From Alphaproteobacteria bacterium (lineage in GTDB: Bacteria; Pseudomonadota; Alphaproteobacteria; UBA11222): DNA of 64,000 nucleotides. The DNA lies in the NCBI GenBank assembly GCA_038318895.1, contig JBBQCS010000006.1:798-64797 (forward strand), in the 5' to 3' direction. The notes beneath the pieces were generated by a model. That model was not told where the DNA came from. It saw only the letters and a list, made by a program, of their open reading frames with translations, and searched no databases. Made by a program: the position numbers and the translations under genes. Below are positions 1-11,102 of the stretch, piece by piece; the stretch's first letter is position 1; every line of letters begins with the position of its first letter.

Positions 1-1
1 C

Positions 2-316
2 ATGCGGCTGACCATAACACCAGTGAATGGCCGCATGGCCCCTTTGATGAGCGATGTCAACAGGATCGAAGAGGTGGCGTTTTTGGTGGCGGCAAGGACA
101 ATTGGTCCAACCATGCAAAACCTGATTGCAAGCTATGGCCTGACCCGGGCCGAGGCGGAGGTCGCGCTTTTACTTGCCCAGGGGCTGCGCGCCACGCACA
201 TCGCCGCGCATCGCGAAACCAGCACCGCCACCGTGAACACGCAACTCAAACAGATTTACGCCAAGACCGGCGTTGATGGCCATGCGGGACTGCTGGTCAA
301 ACTGCTGGGGCGCTGA
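2..316 (+). CDS. LuxR-family transcriptional regulator, C-terminal HTH fragment (5' end truncated by the window edge)
   Basis: Translation contains a LuxR/FixJ-type HTH signature (LLAQGLRATHIAAHRETSTATVNTQLKQIYAKTGV). The ORF runs off the window start. Confidence 0.55.
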   Translation: MRLTITPVNGRMAPLMSDVNRIEEVAFLVAARTIGPTMQNLIASYGLTRAEAEVALLLAQGLRATHIAAHRETSTATVNTQLKQIYAKTGVDGHAGLLVKLLGR

Positions 317-394
317 TCCGAACGACCTCTAAAGGACAGGCTTGCGGTATCCGCCACTGGGCGGTTAACCTGTAAGAAAACAGGGGAGATATCG

Positions 395-1453
395 ATGAAG
401 CTCGGACTTTCGATTGGATACTCAGGTGAACGGATGGCGTTGCCGGTGGAGCGCATTCTGCATGCCGAACGGCTGGGCTATGATTCCATCTGGACCGCCG
501 AGGCCTATGGTTCGGATGCGATCAGCCCACTGGCCTATCTGGCGGCGCTGACCAAAAATATCCGCCTGGGCACCGGCATCATTCAGCTTGCGGCGCGCAC
601 ACCTGCGGCCACCATGATGTCGGCGGCGACCGTGGATGATCTGGCGGGCGGCAACCGGTTTATTCTCGGACTTGGAGTTTCCGGGCCGCAGATTGTCGAG
701 GGCTGGTATGGCCAGCCCTGGGGCAAGCCCTATTGGCGCATCCGCGACTATGTGCAGATCATGCAAAAAATCCGTGATCGCGCCGAACCTGTGACACATC
801 AGGGTAAGGAAATCTCCCTGCCCTATACCGGCCCCGGCGCAATGGGCGTGGGCAAGCCGCTGAAATCCATCCTGCACATGAACCCGAAAATTCCGATCTG
901 GCTGGGCACCGGCACCGAGGCGAATACAAAACTGACGGCGGAAATTGCCGATGGCTGGCTGCCGCTGAACTTCGTTCCCGGTTCCATGAAAACCTACAAG
1001 CCATGGCTGGAAGAAGGCTTCGCCCGCGCGGGTGGCGGCAAGGGCTTCAAGAATTTTGAAATTCAGCCCAGCGCGACAGTCGTCATCACCGATGATGTGA
1101 AGGCCGGCCTGAAGCGCATGAAGCCCAACGTCGCGCTGTATGTTGGCGGCATGGGCCACCCGGATCTGAACTTTCACAAGGAAATGATGATCCGGCGCGG
1201 TTATGGCGAGGCGGCCAACCGCATCCAGGAACTGTATCTGGCCAAGCGCAAGAACGAGGCCGCCGACGCCGTGCCTGACGATTATCTGGACGAGGGTGCG
1301 CTGGTGGGGCCGCGTGAGCGCATCGAAAAACGCTTCGCCGACTGGGCCGATAGCGGCGCCACCGGTCTAACCATTGCGACCAGCCAGTTGGAAGCGATCG
1401 AACTGATGGCCGATATTGCGGGGACAAGAGGACGGGTTACGCAAGCAGTGTGA
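395..1453 (+). CDS. LLM-class (luciferase-like) flavin-dependent oxidoreductase
   Basis: 352 aa ORF. N-terminus MKLGLSIGY...AERLGYDSIWTAEAY and the overall TIM-barrel LLM pattern match. A GAGA-type RBS precedes the ATG. Confidence 0.8.
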   Translation: MKLGLSIGYSGERMALPVERILHAERLGYDSIWTAEAYGSDAISPLAYLAALTKNIRLGTGIIQLAARTPAATMMSAATVDDLAGGNRFILGLGVSGPQIVEGWYGQPWGKPYWRIRDYVQIMQKIRDRAEPVTHQGKEISLPYTGPGAMGVGKPLKSILHMNPKIPIWLGTGTEANTKLTAEIADGWLPLNFVPGSMKTYKPWLEEGFARAGGGKGFKNFEIQPSATVVITDDVKAGLKRMKPNVALYVGGMGHPDLNFHKEMMIRRGYGEAANRIQELYLAKRKNEAADAVPDDYLDEGALVGPRERIEKRFADWADSGATGLTIATSQLEAIELMADIAGTRGRVTQAV

Positions 1454-1584
1454 GGATCTTTTTTTGCGGCTGAACCAATGCGCCTACGTTGCTTTGCAAC
1501 GATGGCGCAACAGCCTCCGCTAAGACTGCTGCCTTCACCGGGTTCCCTGCGGAGTTGCCGCTCCGAAGCTCCCAGGGCCTGGGC

Positions 1585-1660
1585 TGGTGGGCGGTGACAG
1601 GCTCGAACTGCCGACCCTCTCGGTGTAAACGAGATGCTCTACCAACTGAGCTAACCGCCC
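1585..1660 (-). tRNA. tRNA-Val (anticodon TAC)
   Basis: 76 nt cloverleaf read on the minus strand: GGGCGGT acceptor stem, anticodon loop TTTACAC, T-loop TTCGAGC, and a 3' CCA. The overlapping ORF 1489..1677 is a translation artefact. Confidence 0.85.
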
Positions 1661-1763
1661 GTAGAAAAACTATTTAATACGATTCAAAAGATGGCGTAGC
1701 GCCGACCAGATAGTTCGATCACAAACCGACGCTGGCTAGCTGGACGCTACTCCAAAAATGCAT

Positions 1764-1804
1764 CGAAAAAACTAACCGCCCCGCCTTTGGGAGGCCGGGC
1801 GGTT
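1764..1804 (-). terminator. Rho-independent terminator downstream of hupB
   Basis: Near-perfect GC-rich hairpin (AACCGCCCCGCC / GGCCGGGCGGTT). On the minus strand it is followed by a run of six T after two intervening bases. Confidence 0.5.
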
Positions 1805-1877
1805 TACCAGTCGAACCCGTTGTCCATCTACACGGACCTTCACCCGTGACAACGGCATGGCGGGCGTGTCCGCCAGA

Positions 1878-2150
1878 TTAATTCACGGCATCCTTCAAAG
1901 CCTTACCCGCCTTGAACTTGGGTTGCTTGCTAGCCGGTATTTTAATCGCCTCGCCGGTGCGGGGATTACGTCCTTCAGACGCTTTACGTTTTACGACGGA
2001 GAAGGTGCCAAATCCGACGAGCCGAACTTCACCACCCTTTTTCAGGCTCTTGGTGATGATCTCCAAAATGGAATCCACAGCCCGTGCGGCATCCGCTTTG
2101 GTGATGTCGATATCATCGGATACGCTAGCGATCAGGTCATTCTTGTTCAC
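1878..2150 (-). CDS. hupB: DNA-binding protein HU
   Basis: 90 aa with a classic HU sequence (MNKNDLIA...GFGTFSVVKRKASEGRNPRTGEAIKIPA). It sits in the conserved position downstream of lon. Confidence 0.9.
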   Translation of the reverse strand: MNKNDLIASVSDDIDITKADAARAVDSILEIITKSLKKGGEVRLVGFGTFSVVKRKASEGRNPRTGEAIKIPASKQPKFKAGKALKDAVN

Positions 2151-2483
2151 GAGGGCCCCCTCATTATATGTTGCAAATCACGTCAGATTTTTGCGTCAGT
2201 CGGAATCGGATAACGCAAATTAAAAAACACTAGAGCGATTTCATCTTCCCCGGACTGAACCAGAAGATCCAATCCCGGGAGATATTACTCTAGACCTCAA
2301 ACCGTCAAAGCAACGTCATCCGATTAATTCGAACCAAAAGCGATTCAAATTAACTGGCTGCTGCTTTTGTGAAGTTTGCCTTTGTTCGCTATGCCCGTCA
2401 AAGAAAAAAGGCAGTTTTTCACAGATTTTTGTACCTATCGAGACTGATTAGCGATTAAGGGGTGCTGGGAAAGCACAGATTGC

Positions 2484-2518
2484 CCGAAGAAAAACCGGCC
2501 ATATCACTATGGCCGGTT
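2484..2518 (-). terminator. Rho-independent terminator of lon
   Basis: Perfect 10 bp inverted repeat AACCGGCCAT-atcact-ATGGCCGGTT. A TTTTTCTTC run follows on the minus strand, about 55 nt past the lon stop codon. Confidence 0.6.
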
Positions 2519-2573
2519 AGAACTGCTCCGGAACAACTAAACCGGGGCATCCGGAAAGTAAAATTATCCGGTG

Positions 2574-4994
2574 TTAATGTGCGCGCAGCCCGTCAGACAA
2601 GTCCATTTTGGCCTCTCTCGCCGCCGCGATTTCCTTTTCCTCGTCCCATTCTATCGGCGTCAGAGGATTGACCAGCGCATGACGCAACACATCATCCAGC
2701 ACCGTCATCGGGATAATCTCCAGATCTTTTTTCACATTATCTGGAATATCCGCCAGGTCTTTCACATTTTCCGACGGTATCAAGACAATCTTGATTCCAC
2801 CGCGCAAGGCCGCCAAAAGTTTTTCCTTCAACCCGCCGATCGGCAGCACACGCCCGCGCAGGCTGATCTCGCCCGTCATCGCGACGTCGCGGCGCACCGG
2901 GTTGGAGGTCAGCACCGAAACGATGGAGGTCACCATCGCCACACCGGCAGACGGCCCGTCTTTAGGCGTCGCGCCTTCCGGCACATGCACGTGGATGTCT
3001 TTTTTCTCAAAGATCGAAGGCTTGATGCCAAAATCAACGGCCCGCGAACGCACATAAGACGACGCCGCTTCGATTGATTCCTTCATCACATCGCCGAGCT
3101 TACCCGTTGTCGTCATGCGTCCCTTACCAGGCAGCACCACCGACTCGATATTCAGCAGTTCGCCGCCGACCTCGGTCCACGCCAGGCCGGTAACAACACC
3201 GATATGATCCTCCGCCTCGGCCTCGCCATAACGGAAACGGCGCACACCAGCATATTTTTCAATCAGCTCTTCGGTCATCTCGATATGCTTGACCGCCTTG
3301 TTGGTGACCAGCTCACGTACCGCTTTGCGGGCCAGATTGGCCAGCTCGCGTTCAAGATTTCGCACACCGGCTTCGCGCGTGTAATAGCGAATCAGATGTT
3401 TAACGCCGGAATCCGGTATTGTGAACTCCTCCGCTTTCAGACCATGGGCTTCGCGCTGTTTAGCGACCAGATGGCGCTTGGCGATCTCGATCTTTTCGTC
3501 CTCGGTATAACCGGGAATACGGATGATCTCCATCCGGTCCAGCAGCGGTTCGGGCATGCGCAAGCTGTTCGCCGTAGTGACGAACATCACGTCTGACAGA
3601 TCATAGTCCACTTCAAGATAATGGTCCGCAAACGTACTGTTCTGCTCGGGGTCCAGTACTTCCAGCAGTGCCGATGACGGATCGCCGCGGAAATCGGCGC
3701 CCATTTTATCAACCTCGTCGAGCAGGAAAAACGGATTGGAGTGTTTCGCCTTGCGCAGGCTCTGAATGACCTTGCCTGGCATGGAGCCGATATATGTCCG
3801 GCGGTGGCCGCGAATTTCAGCCTCGTCGCGCACACCACCCAAAGACATACGAATGAACTCACGCCCCGTCGCCCTGGCGATCGATTTGCCCAGCGACGTC
3901 TTGCCAACGCCCGGCGGGCCCACAAGGCACAGGATCGGACCTTTCAGCTTGCCAGTACGCTTTTGCACGGCAAGATATTCAAGGATACGCTCCTTTACTT
4001 TTTCAAGTCCGTAATGATCGGCGTCAAGAATGGCCTCCGCGCGCGCCAGATCAATATTGACCCGCTTGCGCTTGTTCCACGGAATAGACAGCAGCCAGTC
4101 GAGATAGTTGCGCACAACAGTGGCCTCTGCCGACATCGGGCTCATATTGCGCAGCTTCTTTAATTCACCCTCGGCCTTTTCACTGGCTTCTTTGCTCAGT
4201 TTGGTGTCCTTGATTTTTTGTTCAAGCTCACCAATCTCATCTTTGCCGTTTTCGCCTTCACCAAGCTCTTTCTGAATCGCCTTCATCTGCTCGTTCAGAT
4301 AAAACTCGCGCTGGGTCTTTTCCATCTGCCGTTTGACGCGGCCACGAATTTTCTTTTCAACCTGCAGAACGCTTATCTCGCCTTCCATCATGGAAAGCAG
4401 TTTTTCCAGCCGCGCTGCAGTATCGGTCAATTCCAGCAGTTCCTGCTTTTCCGGAATTTTGACAGCGACATGCGATGCGATTGAATCCGCGAGCTTGGCA
4501 GCGCCCTCGATCTGCTCGACCGACACCAAAACATCCTGCGGCAGCTTTTTACCAAGCTTTACATATTGATCGAACAGGGAAGTGACCGAACGGGCCAGCG
4601 CCTCAACCTCCGGCGTGTCATCCTGCTCTGCTGCAATGATTTCGACTTCCGCCTGAATGAACTCGGCGTTATCCGTGAACCGCTTGATACGGGCGCGCGA
4701 CACGCCTTCAACCAGCACCTTGACGGTTTTGTCGGGCAATTTCAGCAATTGCATCACTGTCGCGATGGTGCCAACCTGATAAATATCATCCTTGGTCGGG
4801 TCATCGTTCGCCGCGTCACGCTGTGCGACAAGCATGATCTGCTTATCCGTCTGCATCATATCTTCAAGTGCGCGGACAGATTTTTCCCGCCCCACAAACA
4901 AGGGCACCACCATATGCGGGAAAACGACAATATCCCTAAGCGGTAAAACGGGAAGAATGTTGGGCTGGTCAGACTTTTTCGATACTTCTTCCAT
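2574..4994 (-). CDS. lon: ATP-dependent Lon protease
   Basis: Lon N-terminal domain, AAA+ Walker A (GPPGVGKTS) and the S16 protease domain (PKDGPSAG) are all present. I set the start at the conserved MEEVSKK; the longest ORF extends to 5024. Confidence 0.95.
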   Translation of the reverse strand: MEEVSKKSDQPNILPVLPLRDIVVFPHMVVPLFVGREKSVRALEDMMQTDKQIMLVAQRDAANDDPTKDDIYQVGTIATVMQLLKLPDKTVKVLVEGVSRARIKRFTDNAEFIQAEVEIIAAEQDDTPEVEALARSVTSLFDQYVKLGKKLPQDVLVSVEQIEGAAKLADSIASHVAVKIPEKQELLELTDTAARLEKLLSMMEGEISVLQVEKKIRGRVKRQMEKTQREFYLNEQMKAIQKELGEGENGKDEIGELEQKIKDTKLSKEASEKAEGELKKLRNMSPMSAEATVVRNYLDWLLSIPWNKRKRVNIDLARAEAILDADHYGLEKVKERILEYLAVQKRTGKLKGPILCLVGPPGVGKTSLGKSIARATGREFIRMSLGGVRDEAEIRGHRRTYIGSMPGKVIQSLRKAKHSNPFFLLDEVDKMGADFRGDPSSALLEVLDPEQNSTFADHYLEVDYDLSDVMFVTTANSLRMPEPLLDRMEIIRIPGYTEDEKIEIAKRHLVAKQREAHGLKAEEFTIPDSGVKHLIRYYTREAGVRNLERELANLARKAVRELVTNKAVKHIEMTEELIEKYAGVRRFRYGEAEAEDHIGVVTGLAWTEVGGELLNIESVVLPGKGRMTTTGKLGDVMKESIEAASSYVRSRAVDFGIKPSIFEKKDIHVHVPEGATPKDGPSAGVAMVTSIVSVLTSNPVRRDVAMTGEISLRGRVLPIGGLKEKLLAALRGGIKIVLIPSENVKDLADIPDNVKKDLEIIPMTVLDDVLRHALVNPLTPIEWDEEKEIAAAREAKMDLSDGLRAH

Positions 4995-5171
4995 AACAAT
5001 CCCCTTACATATGCGCTGTGTCATAAACCCGCGTCAGCCAAGATCATGAACATGCGCAACCCCGCCCGGCCATCCGGCGCGGGGCACTGTTTTAACGTGG
5101 GTTTAACCGGAACAATATTCAAGACCCGTTCGCAAGTATCGCTGCTTTTTCGGGAAAGCAAGAAAGCGATA

Positions 5172-6449
5172 TCACGCCGAGGCGCCAGCGTCCTCGCGGC
5201 GATCCCGGTCCGAATAGATATATAACGGGCTGGCCTTGCCGTCGACGACCTCACCGCTGATAACAACCTCTTCGACCGATTCGAAACTCGGCAACTCATA
5301 CATTGTGTCGAGCAGAATTGATTCCAGGATAGATCGCAAACCACGCGCGCCGGTTTTGCGCAAAATGGCTTTCTTGGCGATGGCGCGCAACGCATCTTCC
5401 GAGAAAGTCAATTTGACATTCTCCATATCGAACAGACGCTGGAACTGTTTTGCCAGCGCATTTTTCGGTTTGCTTAGTATGTCAACCAGCGCCGGCTCAT
5501 CAAGATCGGTGAGCGTCGCCAGTACCGGCAAGCGGCCGACAAATTCCGGGATCAGACCAAAAGCAAGCAGATCTTCCGGCTCCAGCATTTTGAGAATTTC
5601 GCCGGTGCGCCTGTCGTCGGGTGATTTAACATTGGCGCCAAAACCAATTGACGACCCCTGCCCGCGCGCGGAAATAATGCGTTCCAGCCCCGAAAAGGCG
5701 CCGCCGCAAATAAACAGAATATTGGTCGTATCCACCTGCAGGAATTCCTGCTGAGGATGTTTGCGCCCGCCTTGCGGGGGAACGCTGGCGACAGTTCCCT
5801 CCATCAGCTTCAGCAACGCCTGCTGAACGCCTTCGCCGGAAACGTCGCGTGTAATGGACGGGTTGTCGGATTTGCGGCTGATCTTGTCGACTTCGTCGAT
5901 ATAGACAATCCCGCGTTGCGCCTTCTCGACATTATAGTCCGCCGACTGCAGCAGTTTGAGAATGATGTTCTCAACGTCTTCCCCGACATACCCGGCTTCG
6001 GTAAGTGTCGTCGCATCCGCCATCGTGAACGGCACATCGAGAATCCGCGCCAGTGTCTGGGCAAGCAGCGTCTTGCCGCAACCCGTCGGGCCAATGAGCA
6101 GAATGTTTGACTTGGCGATTTCGACGTCGCCGGCTTTTTGCTGCTGATTGAGCCGCTTGTAGTGATTGTGCACCGCCACCGACAAGACACGTTTCGCGTA
6201 ATCCTGTCCGATCACATAATCATCGAGAGTCTTGCGAATTTCTTTTGGCGTCGGAACGCCCGCGCGCGACTTGACGAGCGAGGTTTTGGTTTCTTCACGG
6301 ATGATATCCATGCACAACTCGACGCACTCATCGCATATGAATACTGTCGGACCTGCAATCAGCTTGCGCACTTCATGCTGGCTCTTGCCACAGAACGAGC
6401 AATAGAGCGTATTCTTTGAATCGCTACCGCCGCCGCTGACCTTGCTCAT
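5172..6449 (-). CDS. clpX: ATP-dependent Clp protease ATP-binding subunit ClpX
   Basis: Zinc-finger N-terminus ([27 protein letters not shown]) and AAA+ motifs (GPTGCGKT). I set the start at the conserved MSK (ATG at 6447-6449); the ORF track begins 12 codons upstream. Confidence 0.95.
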   Translation of the reverse strand: MSKVSGGGSDSKNTLYCSFCGKSQHEVRKLIAGPTVFICDECVELCMDIIREETKTSLVKSRAGVPTPKEIRKTLDDYVIGQDYAKRVLSVAVHNHYKRLNQQQKAGDVEIAKSNILLIGPTGCGKTLLAQTLARILDVPFTMADATTLTEAGYVGEDVENIILKLLQSADYNVEKAQRGIVYIDEVDKISRKSDNPSITRDVSGEGVQQALLKLMEGTVASVPPQGGRKHPQQEFLQVDTTNILFICGGAFSGLERIISARGQGSSIGFGANVKSPDDRRTGEILKMLEPEDLLAFGLIPEFVGRLPVLATLTDLDEPALVDILSKPKNALAKQFQRLFDMENVKLTFSEDALRAIAKKAILRKTGARGLRSILESILLDTMYELPSFESVEEVVISGEVVDGKASPLYIYSDRDRREDAGASA

Positions 6450-6672
6450 CTGGAGACTCCGTCTGCTATTGTGTTTCACACCCACCGGACTAAACAGCAG
6501 GAGGAATACTCATTTCCTATTTTGCCTCAAAACCCTGGCTGAGAGCAAGAGGCTCGGGCATTACCCCGGTCCGCCGCGAATCTCATGCCCGATTCTGACG
6601 TCTCAAGAAGTTATTCGAGCATGTTAGCCCATATAATTTCAAGATTTCATTAATATAGGGACTTTATGTCCA

Positions 6673-7299
6673 CTATGCACCCTCTTCAGCGGCAGGGCGC
6701 TTCTCGACGACCTTGTCGATTATTCCAAATTCCTTGGCCTTTTCCGCAGTCATGAAATTATCACGCTCCAGGGCCGCTTCAACCCGCTCAACCGGCAGCC
6801 CGGTATGCTTGGCGTAAATCAGATTAAGTCTATGTTTCAAGGCCCGGATTTCCTCCGCATGCAGGAGAATATCCGACGCCTGCCCCTGAAACCCTCCTGA
6901 GGGCTGATGTAACATGATGCGGGCATTTGGCAGCGCAAAACGCGAATCCTTTTCCCCCGCAGTCAATAATAGCGAACCCATGGACGCGGCCTGGCCAACG
7001 CATAAGGTGGAAACGGCTGGGCGGATATATTGCATCGTATCATAGATGCCCAGGCCGGAAGTCACCACTCCGCCTGGAGAATTGATATACATGAAGATTT
7101 CTTTTTTTGGATTCTCCGCTTCCAGAAACAGCAGCTGCGCGGTTACCAGCGTCGCCATGTGATCCTCGATCGGGCCGGTAATAAAAATGATCCGCTCCTT
7201 GAGCAGGCGCGAAAAAATATCATAGGCGCGTTCGCCGCGGCTGGTTTGTTCCACCACCATCGGAACAAGGTTCATATAGGTATCGACTGGATCTCGCAT
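6673..7299 (-). CDS. clpP: ATP-dependent Clp protease proteolytic subunit ClpP
   Basis: 208 aa with ClpP catalytic-region motifs ([14 protein letters not shown]). The N-terminal [19 protein letters not shown] is typical of alphaproteobacterial ClpP. Confidence 0.9.
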   Translation of the reverse strand: MRDPVDTYMNLVPMVVEQTSRGERAYDIFSRLLKERIIFITGPIEDHMATLVTAQLLFLEAENPKKEIFMYINSPGGVVTSGLGIYDTMQYIRPAVSTLCVGQAASMGSLLLTAGEKDSRFALPNARIMLHQPSGGFQGQASDILLHAEEIRALKHRLNLIYAKHTGLPVERVEAALERDNFMTAEKAKEFGIIDKVVEKRPAAEEGA

Positions 7300-7357
7300 G
7301 GTTTGTTGTCCTGAGCTTGTGCTGACAAAGAGTAAGGCGTGCTGCCAACGTTAAGGT

Positions 7358-8686
7358 CTAGTCTTCGTCGTCTGGTTCCTTGAACAGTTCTTCCCTGCTG
7401 ACCGGCGCATCCGTCACCTGAGCCAGCTCCAGAATAAAGTCAACGACCTTGTCCTCGTAAAGCGGTGCGCGCAGGGACGCCAGCGCCTGAGGGTTTTTCT
7501 GATAATATTCGAACAGCAATTTTTCCTGGCCCGGAAACTGCGACGCCTGACGGAAAAGCGCGTCGCGCATCGCGTCTTCCGACACGGTGATATTATTGCG
7601 CTGGCCAATTTCCGCCAGCAACAAACCCAACCGCACCCGGCGGTCGGCAATCACGCGGTACTCTGTGCGGAGTTCCTCTTCGGATTTATCCTGATCCGCC
7701 ATGGTTTGTCCGCGCCGTTGAAGTTCCTGTTGAAACTGTTGCCAGATTTGATCTTCTTCCCCAGCCAGCATTCCGGGCGGCACTTCAAAGGCATGCGCTT
7801 TGTCCAGTGTGTCCAGCAACGCGCGCTTCAACCGTGACCGGCTGACATTTTTGTAATCGGTTGTAATGCGTTCCAGCATCGCCTCACGCAGTTTTTCGAG
7901 ATTTTCCATGCCAAGCTTTTCGGCAAAGGCGTCATCAATGGTGATCGCCTCCGGTGCGCGAATCTGATGCACCTTCACATCGAAGACCGCGTTCTTGCCC
8001 GCCAGATGTGTCGCGCCATACTCCTCCGGGAACGTAACATTGATCTGCTTTTCGTCGCCCTTTTTGGCGCCAACCAGTTGCTCCTCAAAGCCCGGAATGA
8101 ACATTTTCTGTCCAATCTGAACACTGACATTCTCCGACTTGCCGCCTTCGAAAGGCACGTCATCAATCTTGCCATCGTAATCGATAACCACAACATCACC
8201 ATCTTCCGCACCGGCGTCATCGGCCTTGTCGGTAAAGGCGCGTTGTTGCTCCGCCAGCCTTTGGACAGCTTCATCCGCCTCGTCAGGCGTGACTTCGCAC
8301 ACTGGGCGCTCCAGCTTCAGCGTGGTGAAATCCATTGGCTCGATGGCCGGCAACACCTCCACTTCCAGCGTGAATTCAAGATCGGAATCATTCTCGAACT
8401 TGACCACGTCAATTTTAGGCTGCATCGCCGGCTTTAAATCGTGCTGCTTCAGCGCGCTTTCGGTGGAATCCTGAACGGCGGCCTGCATCACTTCCCCACG
8501 CACCCCGTCGCCATACAGCTTTTTCAACAATGACACCGGCACCTTGCCGCGGCGAAAGCCTTTTATCTGTACGGTTTGCTTGAGTTGTTCCAGACGTTCA
8601 TCCGTGCGCGCGGCAAGCGTCCCTGCATCAACCACAATGGTAAATGCGTGCTTCAGGCCCTCTGCGCTCGTTTCAGTAATTTGCAT
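7358..8686 (-). CDS. tig: Trigger factor
   Basis: The tig N-terminus (MQITETSAEGLKHAFTIVV), an FKBP-type PPIase region and the C-terminal chaperone domain are present. Start placed at the conserved MQITE (ATG revcomp at 8684-8686); the upstream ORF extension is unsupported. Confidence 0.9.
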   Translation of the reverse strand: MQITETSAEGLKHAFTIVVDAGTLAARTDERLEQLKQTVQIKGFRRGKVPVSLLKKLYGDGVRGEVMQAAVQDSTESALKQHDLKPAMQPKIDVVKFENDSDLEFTLEVEVLPAIEPMDFTTLKLERPVCEVTPDEADEAVQRLAEQQRAFTDKADDAGAEDGDVVVIDYDGKIDDVPFEGGKSENVSVQIGQKMFIPGFEEQLVGAKKGDEKQINVTFPEEYGATHLAGKNAVFDVKVHQIRAPEAITIDDAFAEKLGMENLEKLREAMLERITTDYKNVSRSRLKRALLDTLDKAHAFEVPPGMLAGEEDQIWQQFQQELQRRGQTMADQDKSEEELRTEYRVIADRRVRLGLLLAEIGQRNNITVSEDAMRDALFRQASQFPGQEKLLFEYYQKNPQALASLRAPLYEDKVVDFILELAQVTDAPVSREELFKEPDDED

Positions 8687-9089
8687 AACAGTTCCAGTTG
8701 CGAAAAATGGTTCAATAGAAGGGCGGCAGGCAGCTAAGCTACGCCAATTAACGCGCCGTGACGAGAGGCATACCCCGGTTATTTCCCCACTGCAAGCAAA
8801 GGCTTTGGGCAGGAAGGGCATTGTGGGTGGGACATCGGCTGCAGGATCGTGCGCCAACACGCCATACCCCGGAACCGGACAGTAAGATTATCGGAGTTCT
8901 ATAGGGAAAAGTAGTAATTCGCCAACAATAACAACATAACTTTCTAGGCGGTCATTTTTTTGAAGCTCTTTTGCATGTATTCCACGAGGCATTATCCGAA
9001 CCGGTACGCATAATGAAAAGCTACCCCTCTCGATTCCAGATTTCGAGGTTTTTCACGTGGCCCCGTAAGTATGCGTGAACCTAAAACAC

Positions 9090-9118
9090 TTGACGTTTTT
9101 GCACCGCAACATTAATAA
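9090..9118 (+). promoter_or_regulatory. Putative sigma-70 promoter for the SulP gene
   Basis: TTGACG (9090-9095), a 17 nt spacer, then TAATAA (9113-9118), about 80 nt upstream of the start codon. This is a pattern match only. Confidence 0.3.
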
Positions 9119-9199
9119 TGTCCGCCATTCAAAGATATGCCTTGTTTTCGCGAAGCGATGTGATTCCGGCGCTTTGTGAACAATAAAACGAGGGTGTAC

Positions 9200-10681
9200 A
9201 TGTCTTTGTCTCGACTTCGGGCCGAGTGGTTCGGCAATGTCCGTGGTGATCTTCTGGCTGGCATGGTGGTAGCGCTTGCGCTGATCCCCGAATCCATCGC
9301 TTTTTCCATTATTGCAGGCGTTGACCCCAAGGTTGGTCTGTATGCGTCGTTCTGTATCGCGGTGGTGATCGCGATTGTCGGCGGCAGGCCCGGCATGATT
9401 TCCGCCGCCACTGGCGCAATGGCTCTGGTGATCGTCACACTCGTCAAGGAGCATGGACTGGAATATCTGCTGGCGGCGACATTGCTGACGGGTGTGATAC
9501 AGATATTTGCAGGCATCTTAAAGCTGGGTTCGCTCTTGCGGTTTGTTTCAAGGTCCGTGGTTACAGGCTTTGTTAACGCACTGGCAATATTGATTTTTAT
9601 GGCCCAACTGCCGGAATTCAGTGGCGCGAATTGGCAAATGTACGCCATGGTGGCGGCGGGGCTTGGTATCATCTACCTTTTGCCGTACATCACTAAAATT
9701 GTTCCATCGCCGCTAGTGGCGATTGTGGTGCTGACAGTCTTTAGCATTTTCATGGGGCTGGACATCCGTACTGTAGGCGACATGGGGCAGCTCCCAGATA
9801 CGTTACCGATGTTCCTGATGCCAAACGTACCGCTGAATTGGGAAACGCTTGTTATTATTTTGCCCTACTCCGTTACGCTAGCGGCGGTTGGCTTGCTGGA
9901 ATCGCTTATGACGGCGGTAATTGTTGACGATATGACGGATACCCCGAGCCAGAAAAACCGTGAATGCGCGGGTCAGGGTATCGCCAATATCATTACCGGC
10001 TTCTTTGGCGGCATGGCGGGGTGCGCGATGATCGGCCAATCCGTCATTAATGTGAAGTCCGGCGGGCGTGGCAGGCTTTCTACGTTCTTCGCCGGGGCGT
10101 TCCTGCTGTTCCTAATTTTAGTGCTGGCCGAATGGGTGAAACAGATACCGATGGCGGCATTGGTAGCTGTAATGATTATGGTGGCTATCGGGACGTTCCG
10201 GTGGGACTCGGTTGCGAACCTGAAAAACCATCCAAAAACTTCGAGCCTGGTTATGATCACAACCGTGGTTATTGTTGTATTTACGCATAATCTGGCGCTT
10301 GGCGTATTTATTGGCGTGCTGATGAGCGCCCTGTTCTTTGCAAAAAAAGTGGCCCGCTACTTTGCGTTGGAAACAAATTTGTCAGAGAACGGTAAACACA
10401 GATTCTATAAGGTTTATGGGCAAATATTTTTCGCCTCCGCCGATATATTCTGTTCAAAATTTGATTTTAAGGAGCCGCTTGAGAAAGTGACGATTGATTT
10501 AACCCGGGCGCATTTCTGGGATTTAACCGGTGTTGGCGCGCTTGATAAAGTTGTGCTGAGATTCCGGCGCGAAGGCGCTGAGGTCGAGCTTATTGGTATG
10601 AATGAGGCAAGCGCGACGATTGTTGATAAACTTGGGGTTTTTGACAAACCAGAAGCGGTAGAATTATTGCATCAGCACTAG
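9200..10681 (+). CDS. SulP-family inorganic anion (sulfate/bicarbonate) transporter with a C-terminal STAS domain
   Basis: Conserved SulP N-terminus ([37 protein letters not shown]), many TM helices and a C-terminal STAS-like region. ATG at 9200 has a GAGGG RBS upstream; the ORF track starts at a GTG at 9176. GC is visibly lower (~46-50%) than neighbouring genes. Confidence 0.85.
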   Translation: MSLSRLRAEWFGNVRGDLLAGMVVALALIPESIAFSIIAGVDPKVGLYASFCIAVVIAIVGGRPGMISAATGAMALVIVTLVKEHGLEYLLAATLLTGVIQIFAGILKLGSLLRFVSRSVVTGFVNALAILIFMAQLPEFSGANWQMYAMVAAGLGIIYLLPYITKIVPSPLVAIVVLTVFSIFMGLDIRTVGDMGQLPDTLPMFLMPNVPLNWETLVIILPYSVTLAAVGLLESLMTAVIVDDMTDTPSQKNRECAGQGIANIITGFFGGMAGCAMIGQSVINVKSGGRGRLSTFFAGAFLLFLILVLAEWVKQIPMAALVAVMIMVAIGTFRWDSVANLKNHPKTSSLVMITTVVIVVFTHNLALGVFIGVLMSALFFAKKVARYFALETNLSENGKHRFYKVYGQIFFASADIFCSKFDFKEPLEKVTIDLTRAHFWDLTGVGALDKVVLRFRREGAEVELIGMNEASATIVDKLGVFDKPEAVELLHQH

Positions 10682-10782
10682 CTGTAAGACGCGGCGTCAG
10701 AACGTGCAAAGCGCCTTAATACCAATCGATTGCGTGACGGATGCTTTGTAAGCGCAAAGATTTATTTATTCAAACACAAGAA

Positions 10783-10859
10783 TGGCGCGCCCGAAGAGAT
10801 TCGAACTCCTGACCCCCAGATTCGTAGTCTGGTGCTCTATCCAGCTGAGCTACGGGCGC
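10783..10859 (-). tRNA. tRNA-Arg (anticodon ACG)
   Basis: 77 nt cloverleaf on the minus strand: GCGCCCG acceptor stem, anticodon loop CTACGAA, T-loop TTCGAAT, and a 3' CCA. ORF 10730..10915 is a translation artefact. Confidence 0.85.
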
Positions 10860-11102
10860 CCGTATGGGCTTGCGCTTTTCCTGTTAAGCGCGCGAACCTA
10901 ATCAAATGCGGATGAATTGACAAGCATTGTTAATCCGATACTGAAAAATCATGCTTGCGTAATGGGTTTATTGAACGATAACCGCTTGTGGCGTCATGAT
11001 GCGATGCACTAAGATCATCTGCGAATTGTATACGGGAATCATGCTTGAGCCTTGTCGCTTGTGCGGGATAGTAGAATTCCGGTAAAATGGGGAGCTGCCG
11101 CC

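Noticed and set aside
1489-1677. 62 aa plus-strand ORF
   Set aside because: It is the antisense translation of tRNA-Val and its flank, a classic artefact. No RBS and no conservation are expected.
5021-5395. 124 aa minus-strand ORF spanning the lon-clpX gap and the 3' end of clpX
   Set aside because: It overlaps the clpX coding sequence in another frame and has a low-complexity translation. The gap more likely holds the clpX terminator hairpin (CCCCGCCCGGCC..CCGGCGCGGGG near 5065-5090, with no clear T-tract) and the lon promoter. I could not confidently place a sigma-32 type -35/-10, so no promoter feature is reported.
8687-9199. ~500 bp AT-rich gap between tig and the SulP gene, considered as a possible sRNA or riboswitch locus
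   Set aside because: There are no recognisable riboswitch consensus elements and no convincing terminator-flanked small transcript. Only a plausible sigma-70 promoter for the SulP gene was kept, at low confidence.
10730-10915. 61 aa plus-strand ORF
   Set aside because: It overlaps tRNA-Arg (EEIRTPDPQIRSLVLYPAELRAP is the tRNA read as protein).
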